64,000 nucleotides of DNA from Granulicella sapmiensis (GTDB lineage Bacteria; Acidobacteriota; Terriglobia; Terriglobales; Acidobacteriaceae): NCBI GenBank assembly GCA_026225395.1, contig JAMFSR010000004.1:41837-105836 (forward strand), given 5' to 3'. The notes under the pieces are model-generated. The model was given only the letters and a program-made list of their open reading frames with translations. It was not told the DNA's origin and searched no databases. How positions within the stretch are numbered: position 1 is the first letter of the stretch; each line of letters begins with the position of its first letter. Of the stretch, positions 37,118-45,687 are shown in pieces. The position numbers and the translations under genes are program-made.

Positions 37118-37211
37118 CGTTCCCCGTGCTCTCCTCAGATTCGGCCCGCAAAGCCGTTATCATAACCTGCATCGCCCTAAAGCGTTCGAAGTCCCAGTCC
37201 CAGGAGTCACG

Positions 37212-40200
37212 TTGCCCCAGCCGCTTGCCGCCCTTGCCATCGTCACCACCCCGCAGCGGCTCAGCGCCTTCGACCTCACCGTGATCGCCGTCTACCTCGC
37301 CGGCATCACCCTCTTCGGTCTGCGATTCCGCGAAAAAAAGGGTGCCACCAAACAGGATAAGTCCCTCAAGTCCTACTTCCTGGCCAACAACACCATCCCT
37401 TGGTGGGCCATCGCGCTCTCCATCGTCTCGGCCGAAACCTCGACCCTCACCATCATCTCCATCCCGGGCGTAGCCTTTGCAGGCGACTTCGGCTTCCTGC
37501 AGGTCGTCCTCGGCTACATGCTCGGCCGCATCGTAGTCGCCGCGCTGTTCCTGCCGCGCTACTTCGCCGGAGAGATGCTCACCGCCTACCAGCTCATCGA
37601 CCAGCGCTTCGGCAAAGTGCTGCACAAAACCACCGCCGGCCTCTTCCTGCTCACCCGCGCCGCCGCCGAAGGCGTCCGCGTCTTCGCCGTCTCCATCGTC
37701 GTCGGCATCGCCATCGGCACGCGCGACATCCTCTCCATCGCCATCATCTCCGCCCTCACCCTTCTCTACACGTTCGAAGGCGGCATGGCCGCCGTCATCT
37801 GGACCGACGTCGTCCAGATGGCCATCTACATCGGCGGCACCGTCGTCGCCATCCTCACGCTCGGAACGCATGTACAAGGCGGCTGGACGACCATCCACCA
37901 CGTCGCCGGAGCCGCGGGCAAGTTCCACATGCTCAACTTCGCCTTCAACCTCACCCAGACCTACACCTTCTGGGCGGGCGTGCTCGGCGGCACATTTCTC
38001 ACCATGGCCTCGCACGGCACCGACCAGCTCATGGTCCAGCGCATGCTGGCCGCTCGCAGCCTGCGCGAATCCCGCCTCGCGCTGCTCTCCTCCGGCGTAG
38101 TCATCTTCATCCAGTTCGCGCTCTTCCTTCTCATCGGCGCCGGCCTCTACGTCTTCTACGGCCAACACCCGACGACCTTCGCTTCCGGCGACCGCATCTT
38201 CCCCACCTTCATCGTCCGCGAGATGCCCATCGGCATCGCCGGCCTCCTCGTCGCCGCGATCCTCGCCGCCGCCATGTCCAACCTCTCCGCCGCGCTCAAC
38301 AGCCTTTCCTCAACCACCGTCGTCGACTTCTACATGCACCTTCGCCCCAGGGCCGACGACCGTGAGCGCAACCTCATCAGCAAATCCTCTACCGTCCTCT
38401 GGGCGCTTGTGCTCTTCGCCATAGCTGTCTACTCCGTAAAGGTCGGCGGCAGGGGCCACGTCGTCGAAATCGGCCTCAGCATCGCATCCGTCGCCTACGG
38501 CTGCCTGCTCGGCGTCTTCCTGCTCGGCACGCTCACCAAATTCGCCACAGAAATCGGGACAGCCGTCGGTATGGTCGTCGGCTTCATTCTTAACCTCTGG
38601 CTCTGGCAAGGAACCTTCCCTGTGCATCTCGGCCCCATCACCATCCCCAAAATCGCCTTTACCTGGTACGTCCTGATCGGAGCCATCGTGACCTTCGCCG
38701 TCGGCAGCCTCGCCAGCCTCATCTTCCGCAAGCAATCGATACGCAAGCCCATCGCTGCGTCTTTGCTCTTGCTCTTTTTGTTGTCCTTCCCGCAGGGAAT
38801 CTGCGTCTCCACCGCACAGGCACAAACGCTTGAAACTCCCCTCACCTTCACCCCCGTTACCAACCTCATCACCGAGGCCACCGCAGCCCACCACCCCCCC
38901 GGCGCGGTCGTCATCATCGGCCACAACGGCAAGGTCGTCTACGACCACGTCTTCGGCGACCGCAAGCTAGCCGGCGAACCCGGCCCCCTACCAGGACCAG
39001 ACGGCAAACCCGACCTCGCCCCGGAGCCCATGACCGAAGACACCATCTTCGACATGGCCTCGCTCTCCAAAGACCTCGCCACCGCGACCTCCATCATGCA
39101 ACTTTACGAAGCCGGTAAGCTCCAGTTCGACGCCCCCGTCGAGCAATACCTGCCCGCCTTCAACACCGATCACGATCCCGTCCGCGCCAAGGTCACCATC
39201 CGCATGCTGCTCACGCACACCTCCGGCGAAGACCCGGACGTCTCCCTCAAAGCTCCCTGGGGCCTCGCCACACCGGACAAAGCCGAAGGCTTCCGCCTGG
39301 CCCTCACCACCCCGCTCCTCAACCCACCCGCCAGCAAATTCCTCTACTCCGACATCAACTTCATCCTCCTCGGCGACATTATCGAAACCCTCTCCGGCCA
39401 AACCGAAGACGTCTACACCCACGACCACATCTTCCAGCCCCTCGGCATGACCGAAACCCGCTACCTCCCACTCGCCAAAGCCTGCGGCCCGCACAAAGTC
39501 GTCGGCGCGGCCATCGTCTGGGCGCCCACACCTCCAGGACGCATCACCTACGCCTGCGCCCCCGGCACATGGTCCACCTCGCTGCTCTCGCGCATCGCCC
39601 CCGAAACCCACGACGACGAAGGCAACGCACAAACCAACCCCCACTTCGACATGCTCACCCGCGGCTCCGTCCACGACCCCACCACGCGCCGCATGGGCGG
39701 CGTAGCCGGACACGCCGGCGTATTCTCAACCGCACACGATATCTCGCTCTACGCCTCTGCTCTGCTCGAAAAGCTCCTCCACAACACCGGCCCATTCCCC
39801 CTCAAGCAGTCCACGCTCCTGCTCATGACCACCCCTCAACAGCCCGGCCATGAACCCGGCCAGATCGCCGACGCGCAAGCCGCTAACGACACAGCCATCA
39901 AGGCCGGCGACAAGCCATCCGCCGACAACCTTGCCCCGCACTATCCCGCAATCAAAGGACAGGACCTCCGCGGCTTCGGCTGGGACATCGACACCGCCTT
40001 CTCCAAACCCCGCGGCGCCATCTTCCCCATCGGCAGCTTCGGTCACACCGGCTTCACCGGAACCAGCCTATGGATGGATCCAACCACCGATACCTACGTG
40101 ATCATGCTGGCGAACGCCGTCCACCCCCGTGGCAACACACCCATTTCAAATCTCCGCGGTCAACTGGCTACACTTGCTGCTAAGGCACTTGGAATAGCAG

Positions 40201-41612
40201 GCCCTTGCCCAACAAACGCAAATTGCGATCTAGTGGTCCGCGTCGGAGATGTTACGGTTGTTCCATCCACGGCAACAGTGCAGACGTTGATAGGCGAATC
40301 GTCGCCACAAACCCTCACCGGCATCGACATCCTCGAACAAACCAAAGCCTCCGCCCTCCGCGTGCTTTCCAACGCCCCAGACGGCTCTCTCCGCGTCGGC
40401 CTCCTCACCAACCAGAACGGCCTAGACAGCCAGGGCCACCGCACCATCGACTACCTCGCCAGCCTCGCCCCCACCAAGATCCACCTCACCACTCTCTTCT
40501 CCCCTGAGCACGGCATCACCGGCAAGCTCGACCAAGCCTCCGTCAACGGCGAAACCGACGCCGCCACCGGCCTGCATGTCACCTCACTCTACGGCGCCAA
40601 AGAAGCCGACCGCCGTCCCACGCACGACCAACTCAAAGACCTCGACGCCGTCGTCATCGACCTCCAGGACGCCGGCGTCCCCTTCTGGACTTACGAGTCC
40701 GTCCTCGGCTACTTCCTCGAAGCCGTCTCGCACGAAGTCCACGACTATCAGCACAACCTCAACATCATCGTGCTCGACCGCCCCAACCCCGTAGGCGGCC
40801 TCGCTGTCCAGGGCCCAGTCGTCGACCCCGACAAGACCTCCTACGTCGCCTACACCACCATTCCCATCCGCCACGGTCTCACCTACGGCGAACTCGCCCG
40901 CTACATCAACGCGACCAAACACCTCGACGCGCCCCTCGCCGTCATCACCATGCAGAACTGGCATCGCGCCGAGCTCTGGCCCGACACTGGCCTTCCCTGG
41001 ACCAGTCCAAGCCCCAACCTCCGCTCGCCCGAAGCCGCCATCCTCTACCCCGCACTTGGCCTCATTGAATACACCAACATCTCCGTAGGCCGAGGCACCC
41101 CGCACCCCTTCAGCTTCTTCGGCGCCGGTATCCCACCCGCCCCCAAACCCACCACCACCCCGGGTGCCCCATCTTCGCCGACGGCTTCATCGTCGACTAA
41201 GGTGGGTTCGCAGGCATCCTCGCTCCAGAAAGCGTGGTTCAACGCCCACACTGTAGCCGACGCCCTCACCGCCCGCCACATTCCCGGCGTCACCTTCACC
41301 CCCACCACCGAGCCCATCGTCGAAGACGCCAACCACTACCCCTTCCACGGCCAGACCATCGAAGCCGTCCACGTCACCGCCACCGACGTTCACCTCCTCG
41401 ACACCCCCGAGCTCGGCATCGAGATCCTCTCTACCCTCCACCATCTCTACCCCACCCAGTTCCAGCTTGAAAAATCTATGCCACTCGTCGCCAACCGCGC
41501 CACCATGGACGCCATCGCGCATGGCGACGATCCCCGCACCATCGCCGCCTCGTGGCAGCCCGCGCTCGACACCTTCAAAGCGGAACGCTCCCCGATCCTG
41601 CTGTACCCATAG
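37212..41612 (+). CDS. Tripartite fusion: sodium:solute symporter (SSS) + beta-lactamase-fold serine hydrolase + DUF1343/NamZ-like exo-beta-N-acetylmuramidase module
   Basis: One open frame. SSS motifs: GGMAAVIWTDVVQ, HGTDQLMVQRMLAARS, ~13 TM. Junction: RKQSIRKPIAASLLLLFLLSFPQGICVSTAQAQ. Hydrolase motifs: SLSK (SxxK), YSDIN, FGHTGFTG. DUF1343 motifs: LLTNQNGLD, LFSPEHG, DLQDAGVPFWTYES, RPNPVGG. The part of the ORF upstream of 37212 overlaps the kinase gene. TTG 37212 has AGGAG 5 nt upstream. Confidence 0.8.
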   Translation: MPQPLAALAIVTTPQRLSAFDLTVIAVYLAGITLFGLRFREKKGATKQDKSLKSYFLANNTIPWWAIALSIVSAETSTLTIISIPGVAFAGDFGFLQVVLGYMLGRIVVAALFLPRYFAGEMLTAYQLIDQRFGKVLHKTTAGLFLLTRAAAEGVRVFAVSIVVGIAIGTRDILSIAIISALTLLYTFEGGMAAVIWTDVVQMAIYIGGTVVAILTLGTHVQGGWTTIHHVAGAAGKFHMLNFAFNLTQTYTFWAGVLGGTFLTMASHGTDQLMVQRMLAARSLRESRLALLSSGVVIFIQFALFLLIGAGLYVFYGQHPTTFASGDRIFPTFIVREMPIGIAGLLVAAILAAAMSNLSAALNSLSSTTVVDFYMHLRPRADDRERNLISKSSTVLWALVLFAIAVYSVKVGGRGHVVEIGLSIASVAYGCLLGVFLLGTLTKFATEIGTAVGMVVGFILNLWLWQGTFPVHLGPITIPKIAFTWYVLIGAIVTFAVGSLASLIFRKQSIRKPIAASLLLLFLLSFPQGICVSTAQAQTLETPLTFTPVTNLITEATAAHHPPGAVVIIGHNGKVVYDHVFGDRKLAGEPGPLPGPDGKPDLAPEPMTEDTIFDMASLSKDLATATSIMQLYEAGKLQFDAPVEQYLPAFNTDHDPVRAKVTIRMLLTHTSGEDPDVSLKAPWGLATPDKAEGFRLALTTPLLNPPASKFLYSDINFILLGDIIETLSGQTEDVYTHDHIFQPLGMTETRYLPLAKACGPHKVVGAAIVWAPTPPGRITYACAPGTWSTSLLSRIAPETHDDEGNAQTNPHFDMLTRGSVHDPTTRRMGGVAGHAGVFSTAHDISLYASALLEKLLHNTGPFPLKQSTLLLMTTPQQPGHEPGQIADAQAANDTAIKAGDKPSADNLAPHYPAIKGQDLRGFGWDIDTAFSKPRGAIFPIGSFGHTGFTGTSLWMDPTTDTYVIMLANAVHPRGNTPISNLRGQLATLAAKALGIAGPCPTNANCDLVVRVGDVTVVPSTATVQTLIGESSPQTLTGIDILEQTKASALRVLSNAPDGSLRVGLLTNQNGLDSQGHRTIDYLASLAPTKIHLTTLFSPEHGITGKLDQASVNGETDAATGLHVTSLYGAKEADRRPTHDQLKDLDAVVIDLQDAGVPFWTYESVLGYFLEAVSHEVHDYQHNLNIIVLDRPNPVGGLAVQGPVVDPDKTSYVAYTTIPIRHGLTYGELARYINATKHLDAPLAVITMQNWHRAELWPDTGLPWTSPSPNLRSPEAAILYPALGLIEYTNISVGRGTPHPFSFFGAGIPPAPKPTTTPGAPSSPTASSSTKVGSQASSLQKAWFNAHTVADALTARHIPGVTFTPTTEPIVEDANHYPFHGQTIEAVHVTATDVHLLDTPELGIEILSTLHHLYPTQFQLEKSMPLVANRATMDAIAHGDDPRTIAASWQPALDTFKAERSPILLYP

Positions 41613-41704
41613 CCCACTTTCTAGGCATGACGAACCTCCCGCCTAGGCGTATGCTCACACTCACAACAGAGTTCAAAAGCCTGTCGCAGCAGAAGGAGAG
41701 CACC

Positions 41705-42166
41705 ATGCACCTGATCGTCATTGCACTTCTCATCGGCATCATCGCCGGACTCCGCGCCTTCACCGCTCCCGCAGCCGTCAGTTGGGCCGCAAAGTTTGGC
41801 GTCCTCTCTCTTGGCGGAACGCACCTCGCCTGGCTCGGCGCGACCGTCACGACATGGATCATCACCGCGCTCGCCCTCTTTGAACTCGTCAACGACCAGA
41901 ACCCCAAGACCCCCAGCCGCAAAGTCCCACCGCAGTTCATCACCCGCGTTGTAACGGGCGGGTTCTCCGGCGCCGCCATCGGTCTAGGTCTCGGCAATCT
42001 CTGGATCGGCCTCGTCTGCGGCGCTATCGGTGCGGTCATCGGCACGCTCGGCGGCGCAGCCTTCCGCGGCGCCCTCGCCAAAGCCTTCGGCCGCGACCTT
42101 CCCGCCGGTCTTCTCGAAGACGCCATCGCCATCGTTGGCGCTTACCTCATCGTTTCGCACATCTAG
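41705..42166 (+). CDS. DUF4126-like integral membrane protein
   Basis: 153 aa from ATG 41705 (GAAGGAGAG upstream). There are four hydrophobic segments. LRAFTAPAAVSWAA and LVNDQNPKTPSRK resemble my recollection of DUF4126. Confidence 0.6.
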   Translation: MHLIVIALLIGIIAGLRAFTAPAAVSWAAKFGVLSLGGTHLAWLGATVTTWIITALALFELVNDQNPKTPSRKVPPQFITRVVTGGFSGAAIGLGLGNLWIGLVCGAIGAVIGTLGGAAFRGALAKAFGRDLPAGLLEDAIAIVGAYLIVSHI

Positions 42167-42172
42167 ACACTC

Positions 42173-43555
42173 ATGCCCACTTTCGACGCCATCATCATCG
42201 GGGCCGGCCAGGCCGGCCCCGCACTTGCCAATCGCCTCGCCGCCGCCGGACAGACTGTCGCCTACGTGGAACGCCACCTCTTCGGCGGCACCTGCGTGAA
42301 CACGGGCTGCACCCCTACAAAAGCCATGGTAGCCAGCGCCTACGCCGCTCGCGAGGCTCAGCGTGCAGCCGAGTACGGCATCATCCTTCCGCCCGGCCCT
42401 CTCACCACCGACATCAAGAAAGTGAACGCCCGCCGCGACGCCATCGTCGCCAAGTCACGCGACGGCGTCGAAAACTGGCTCCGCGGCAACAAGCAGATCA
42501 CCGTATTCAAAGGCACCGCCAGCTTCACTTCATCCACCACGATGAAGGTTGACGACAACATCCTCGAAGCCAAACAGGTCTTCCTCAACGTAGGCGGTCG
42601 CGCCAATATCCCCGACCTGCCCGGCGTCCACGACGTTCCCTATCTCACCAACACAAGTCTTCTCGCACTCGACACACTTCCCGAACATCTCGTCATCGTC
42701 GGCGGCAGCTACATCGGCATCGAGTTCGGCCAGATGTACCGCCGCTTCGGTTCGAAGGTCACCATCATCGAAAAGGCAAAACGCCTCGTATCGCATGAAG
42801 ATGAAGACGTCTCCGCCGCTATCCTCTCCATCCTGCAGGCCGAAGGCATCGAGGTCCGCCTCGACGTGGAATGCATCTCCCTCGCCCCACACCCCGAAGG
42901 CGTCAGCGTGGGCGTCACCTGCCCCGTCGGCCAGGAACCTTCCACCGCCGGCTCGCATGTTCTACTCGCCGTAGGCCGCACGCCCAACACGCAGGACCTC
43001 GGCCTCGACAAAGCCGGCGTCGCCACCGACGACCGCGGCTACATCACCGTCGACGACCACTGCCGCACCAACGTCCCCCACATCTACGCACTCGGCGACT
43101 GCAACGGAAAAGGCGCTTTCACCCACACCGCTTACAACGACTACGAAATCGTAGCCGCCAACCTGCTCGATAACGACCCGCGCAAGATCAGCGACCGCAT
43201 TCCCTGCTATGCCATGTACATGGATCCACCGCTCGCCCGCATCGGACTTACCGAAGACCAGGCCCGCAAGACCGGCAAACCCGCGCTCATCGCCACCCGC
43301 GCTATGAGCCGCGTCAACCGCGCGCTGGAAAAAGGCGAAAGCCTCGGCTTCATGAAAGCCCTCGTCGACGCCGACACCAAAAAAATCCTCGGCGCCTCCC
43401 TGCTGGGCGTAGGCTGCGACGAAGCCATCCACTGCCTGCTCGACATCATGTACGCCGACGCACCCTACACCACCATTTCGCGCGCCGTACACATCCACCC
43501 GACGGTCTCAGAGCTCATCCCCACACTTCTGCAAGACCTCAAGCCCCTCATCTAG
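42173..43555 (+). CDS. Class I FAD-dependent pyridine nucleotide-disulfide oxidoreductase (LipDH/GR/MerA-like, substrate unknown)
   Basis: DAIIIGAGQAGP FAD fold, redox CxxxxC in GGTCVNTGCTPTK, second Rossmann VIVGGSYIGIEF, C-terminal HIHPTVSE. It has no NmerA domain and no C-terminal Cys pair, so I do not call it mercuric reductase. Confidence 0.8.
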   Translation: MPTFDAIIIGAGQAGPALANRLAAAGQTVAYVERHLFGGTCVNTGCTPTKAMVASAYAAREAQRAAEYGIILPPGPLTTDIKKVNARRDAIVAKSRDGVENWLRGNKQITVFKGTASFTSSTTMKVDDNILEAKQVFLNVGGRANIPDLPGVHDVPYLTNTSLLALDTLPEHLVIVGGSYIGIEFGQMYRRFGSKVTIIEKAKRLVSHEDEDVSAAILSILQAEGIEVRLDVECISLAPHPEGVSVGVTCPVGQEPSTAGSHVLLAVGRTPNTQDLGLDKAGVATDDRGYITVDDHCRTNVPHIYALGDCNGKGAFTHTAYNDYEIVAANLLDNDPRKISDRIPCYAMYMDPPLARIGLTEDQARKTGKPALIATRAMSRVNRALEKGESLGFMKALVDADTKKILGASLLGVGCDEAIHCLLDIMYADAPYTTISRAVHIHPTVSELIPTLLQDLKPLI

Positions 43556-43577
43556 CACCACGGACAACCAAAAATCT

Positions 43578-43616
43578 GTCATCCTGAGCGAAGCGCAGCG
43601 GAGCCGAAGGACCTGC
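43578..43616. repeat. Short REP-like intergenic motif GTCATCCTGAGCGAAGCGCAGCGGAGCCGAAGGACCTGC
   Basis: It lies between convergent gene ends. A degenerate look-alike (GTCATCCTAGAGTGAAGTGAAGGATCTC) is at 30991-31018. It resembles a motif I recall recurring in soil-bacterial intergenic regions; this is unverified. Confidence 0.3.
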
Positions 43617-43665
43617 TGTAAGCTCGCAGCACCTCGACAGACCGCGCCTTTCAACCGCGAAAACG

Positions 43666-44880
43666 TTACTGCACAGTCGTCGCCGGCAGCAACGCCTTCA
43701 CATACCCTGCATTCACCTTCTCATTCTCAAACTTAATATTCGTCAGCAGCCCATCGAACGCCGCATGAATCACCTCATCCGTCGGCCGCGCCCGCAGCGG
43801 CGAGTGCTTCGTATCGATCATCCACGAATGCGCCGCATAATCCACAATCTCATCCCAATGCGCCGGCTTCGCAAACGTCACTTCGCACGACCCGCTCTCC
43901 ATCTTCTTATAAGGCCAGAACGCCCACCCGATATCGTTCTTCTCCAACACCTCACGATAATCCGCTACCCACGCATCCTCGTTCTCACCGGACTCACCCA
44001 GCCAAAGCGGCACGTTGTACTTCTCACGGAACGCGATAAACGAAGCAATCGCATCCTGCTTCGATCCCGAGATCCCATACTTGTGGAACGTATACATCGA
44101 GTTCGAATCGAACGGCGCACCCAACACCGAAAAATCCCCATCCCAGTTCGCACCCGTGATGATCACGACATGGTTCTTATCGACCGTCCGCACCGCTGCC
44201 ACCAGCTTCTTAAACATCGGCTCCAACATCGGCTTCAAATGCGCCAGCGTCAGAATCCCCGGGATTGGCTCATTCAGCAAGTCATACCCCAGCACCGTCT
44301 TGTTGGTCGCATAATGCTTCGCAATCCGCGTCCAAATCTCAACAGTCTCTTTCTGCGCCGAAGGAGACTCATAGAGCCACGGATAGTTGTCGCTATCGTC
44401 AATGTTCGCGCCCGTCTGCCCACCCGGCGCATCATGCATGTCGAGGATCACATACATACCCTCCTCATGCGCCCACGCCACAACCGGATCGATCAACGCA
44501 AAACCTTCATTACTTCCATTCGCGAAGAACTTATAGTGGAACGGAATCCGAATCGAGTTGAACCCAGCGCGCTTCATAAACTGCACATCGCCGCGCATGA
44601 TGTAGTCCTTGCGCCAAGTCGTCCAGAACTGCGCCGCACCCTCCGGCCCGAGCATCGTCCGGGTCAGCGCCTCAATCGTCCCCGGCGACTGCGGCCCACC
44701 CGTCAGCTTCAGCATGTAGCCTTCGGGCTCGAGCCAGTTGCCAAAGCTCGTGCCGCGAAGCAGCAGCGGTTTACCCGTGCCATCCACCAGGGTCTTTCCC
44801 TGCTGATGCACATACCCACTCTGCGCCCACGCGCCCATCGAAACGACAAGCAACACACCAGCCACCAAACCAGTCTTCAT
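43666..44880 (-). CDS. Glycoside hydrolase family 5 (cellulase-superfamily) secreted enzyme
   Basis: FNSIRIPFHY, YVILDMHDAPGGQ, acid/base GYDLLNEP, nucleophile region PLWLGESGEN. Signal peptide MKTGLVAGVLLVVSMGAWAQ from ATG 44880 (the ORF-track start at 44895 is a GTG). Confidence 0.8.
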   Translation of the reverse strand: MKTGLVAGVLLVVSMGAWAQSGYVHQQGKTLVDGTGKPLLLRGTSFGNWLEPEGYMLKLTGGPQSPGTIEALTRTMLGPEGAAQFWTTWRKDYIMRGDVQFMKRAGFNSIRIPFHYKFFANGSNEGFALIDPVVAWAHEEGMYVILDMHDAPGGQTGANIDDSDNYPWLYESPSAQKETVEIWTRIAKHYATNKTVLGYDLLNEPIPGILTLAHLKPMLEPMFKKLVAAVRTVDKNHVVIITGANWDGDFSVLGAPFDSNSMYTFHKYGISGSKQDAIASFIAFREKYNVPLWLGESGENEDAWVADYREVLEKNDIGWAFWPYKKMESGSCEVTFAKPAHWDEIVDYAAHSWMIDTKHSPLRARPTDEVIHAAFDGLLTNIKFENEKVNAGYVKALLPATTVQ

Positions 44881-44991
44881 CTTCAAGCGGTCCACTCCTT
44901 ACCCGCGGCCCCGCTCAGGGGCTCCGCAGCACAGCGGCCATTCTTACAGACAAACGCTTGTCTTGGATAGACTCTTTTGTGGGGTTTCGAT

Positions 44992-45687
44992 CTATTGCCC
45001 GTACGTCGCCTTCGCTCCATGCTTGCGAAAGTAATGCCGGTCCAGCAGCGCCTGCGACACCTCATCCGCATTCGCCTTCAACGACACCGTCCGATACGCC
45101 ATCCGCGCCACCGCCTCCAACACCACGGCATTGTGCGCCGCGTCATGCGCGTTCCTGCCCCACGCAAACGGCGCATGCCCATTCACCAGGCAGGCCGGCA
45201 CCGCCATCGGATCGATCCCACCCTGCCGAAACCGCTCCACAATCGCCAGTCCGGTCTCATGCACATACCGCCCGCCGATCGCCTCATCGGTCAGCACCTT
45301 CGTCACCGGCACCGGACCATAAAAGTAGTCGGCATGCGTCGTCCCAAACGCCGGAATCGGCAACCCAGCCTGCGCAAAGCTCGTCGCAAACTCCGAGTGC
45401 GTATGCACCACCGCGCCAATATCCAGAAACTCCCGATACAGCAGCGTATGCGTATCCAAATCCGACGACGGCTTGAACTCGCCCTCAACGATCTTCCCGT
45501 GCAGATCCGTCACCACCATCTGCTCCGGCTTCAACACGTCATAGTCGACACCCGAAGGCTTGATCACCACCAACCCCTGCTCGCGGTCCACGCCCGAAGC
45601 ATTCCCAAACGTGTACAGCACCAACCCTCGCTTCACCAGCTCCAGATTGGCCTCAAGCACCTCTTCCCGCAGTTTCTTAAGCAGCAT
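44992..45687 (-). CDS. araD: L-ribulose-5-phosphate 4-epimerase (class II aldolase fold)
   Basis: MLLKKLREEVLEANLELVKRGLVLYTFGNASGVDRE, then VVHTHSEFATSFAQAG and HADYFYGPVP. These are typical AraD motifs. ATG 45687 overlaps the araB end by 11 nt. Confidence 0.85.
   Translation of the reverse strand: MLLKKLREEVLEANLELVKRGLVLYTFGNASGVDREQGLVVIKPSGVDYDVLKPEQMVVTDLHGKIVEGEFKPSSDLDTHTLLYREFLDIGAVVHTHSEFATSFAQAGLPIPAFGTTHADYFYGPVPVTKVLTDEAIGGRYVHETGLAIVERFRQGGIDPMAVPACLVNGHAPFAWGRNAHDAAHNAVVLEAVARMAYRTVSLKANADEVSQALLDRHYFRKHGAKATYGQ

Noticed and set aside
32240-37165. ORFs 32240..33223 (+), 32427..33968 (-), 32728..33846 (+), 34952..37165 (+, 737 aa) and 35553..36050 (-)
   Set aside because: They are alternative-frame or antisense shadows of GH20, nagA and the kinase gene. 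They have extreme Pro/Arg/His or Gly/Val/Glu composition and no start-site support.
36834-37211. The first 126 codons of the 1,592-aa ORF (and similar N-terminal extensions at 32333..32740, 28801..28977, 47276..47482, 41552..41704, 22522..22653)
   Set aside because: These extensions overlap neighbouring well-supported genes or precede an obvious signal peptide or SD-supported start. The ORF track simply opens at the most upstream ATG, GTG or TTG.
42173-43555. Calling the disulfide oxidoreductase mercuric reductase (merA)
   Set aside because: It lacks the N-terminal HMA (NmerA) domain and the C-terminal Cys-Cys pair, and no merR/T/P genes are nearby.
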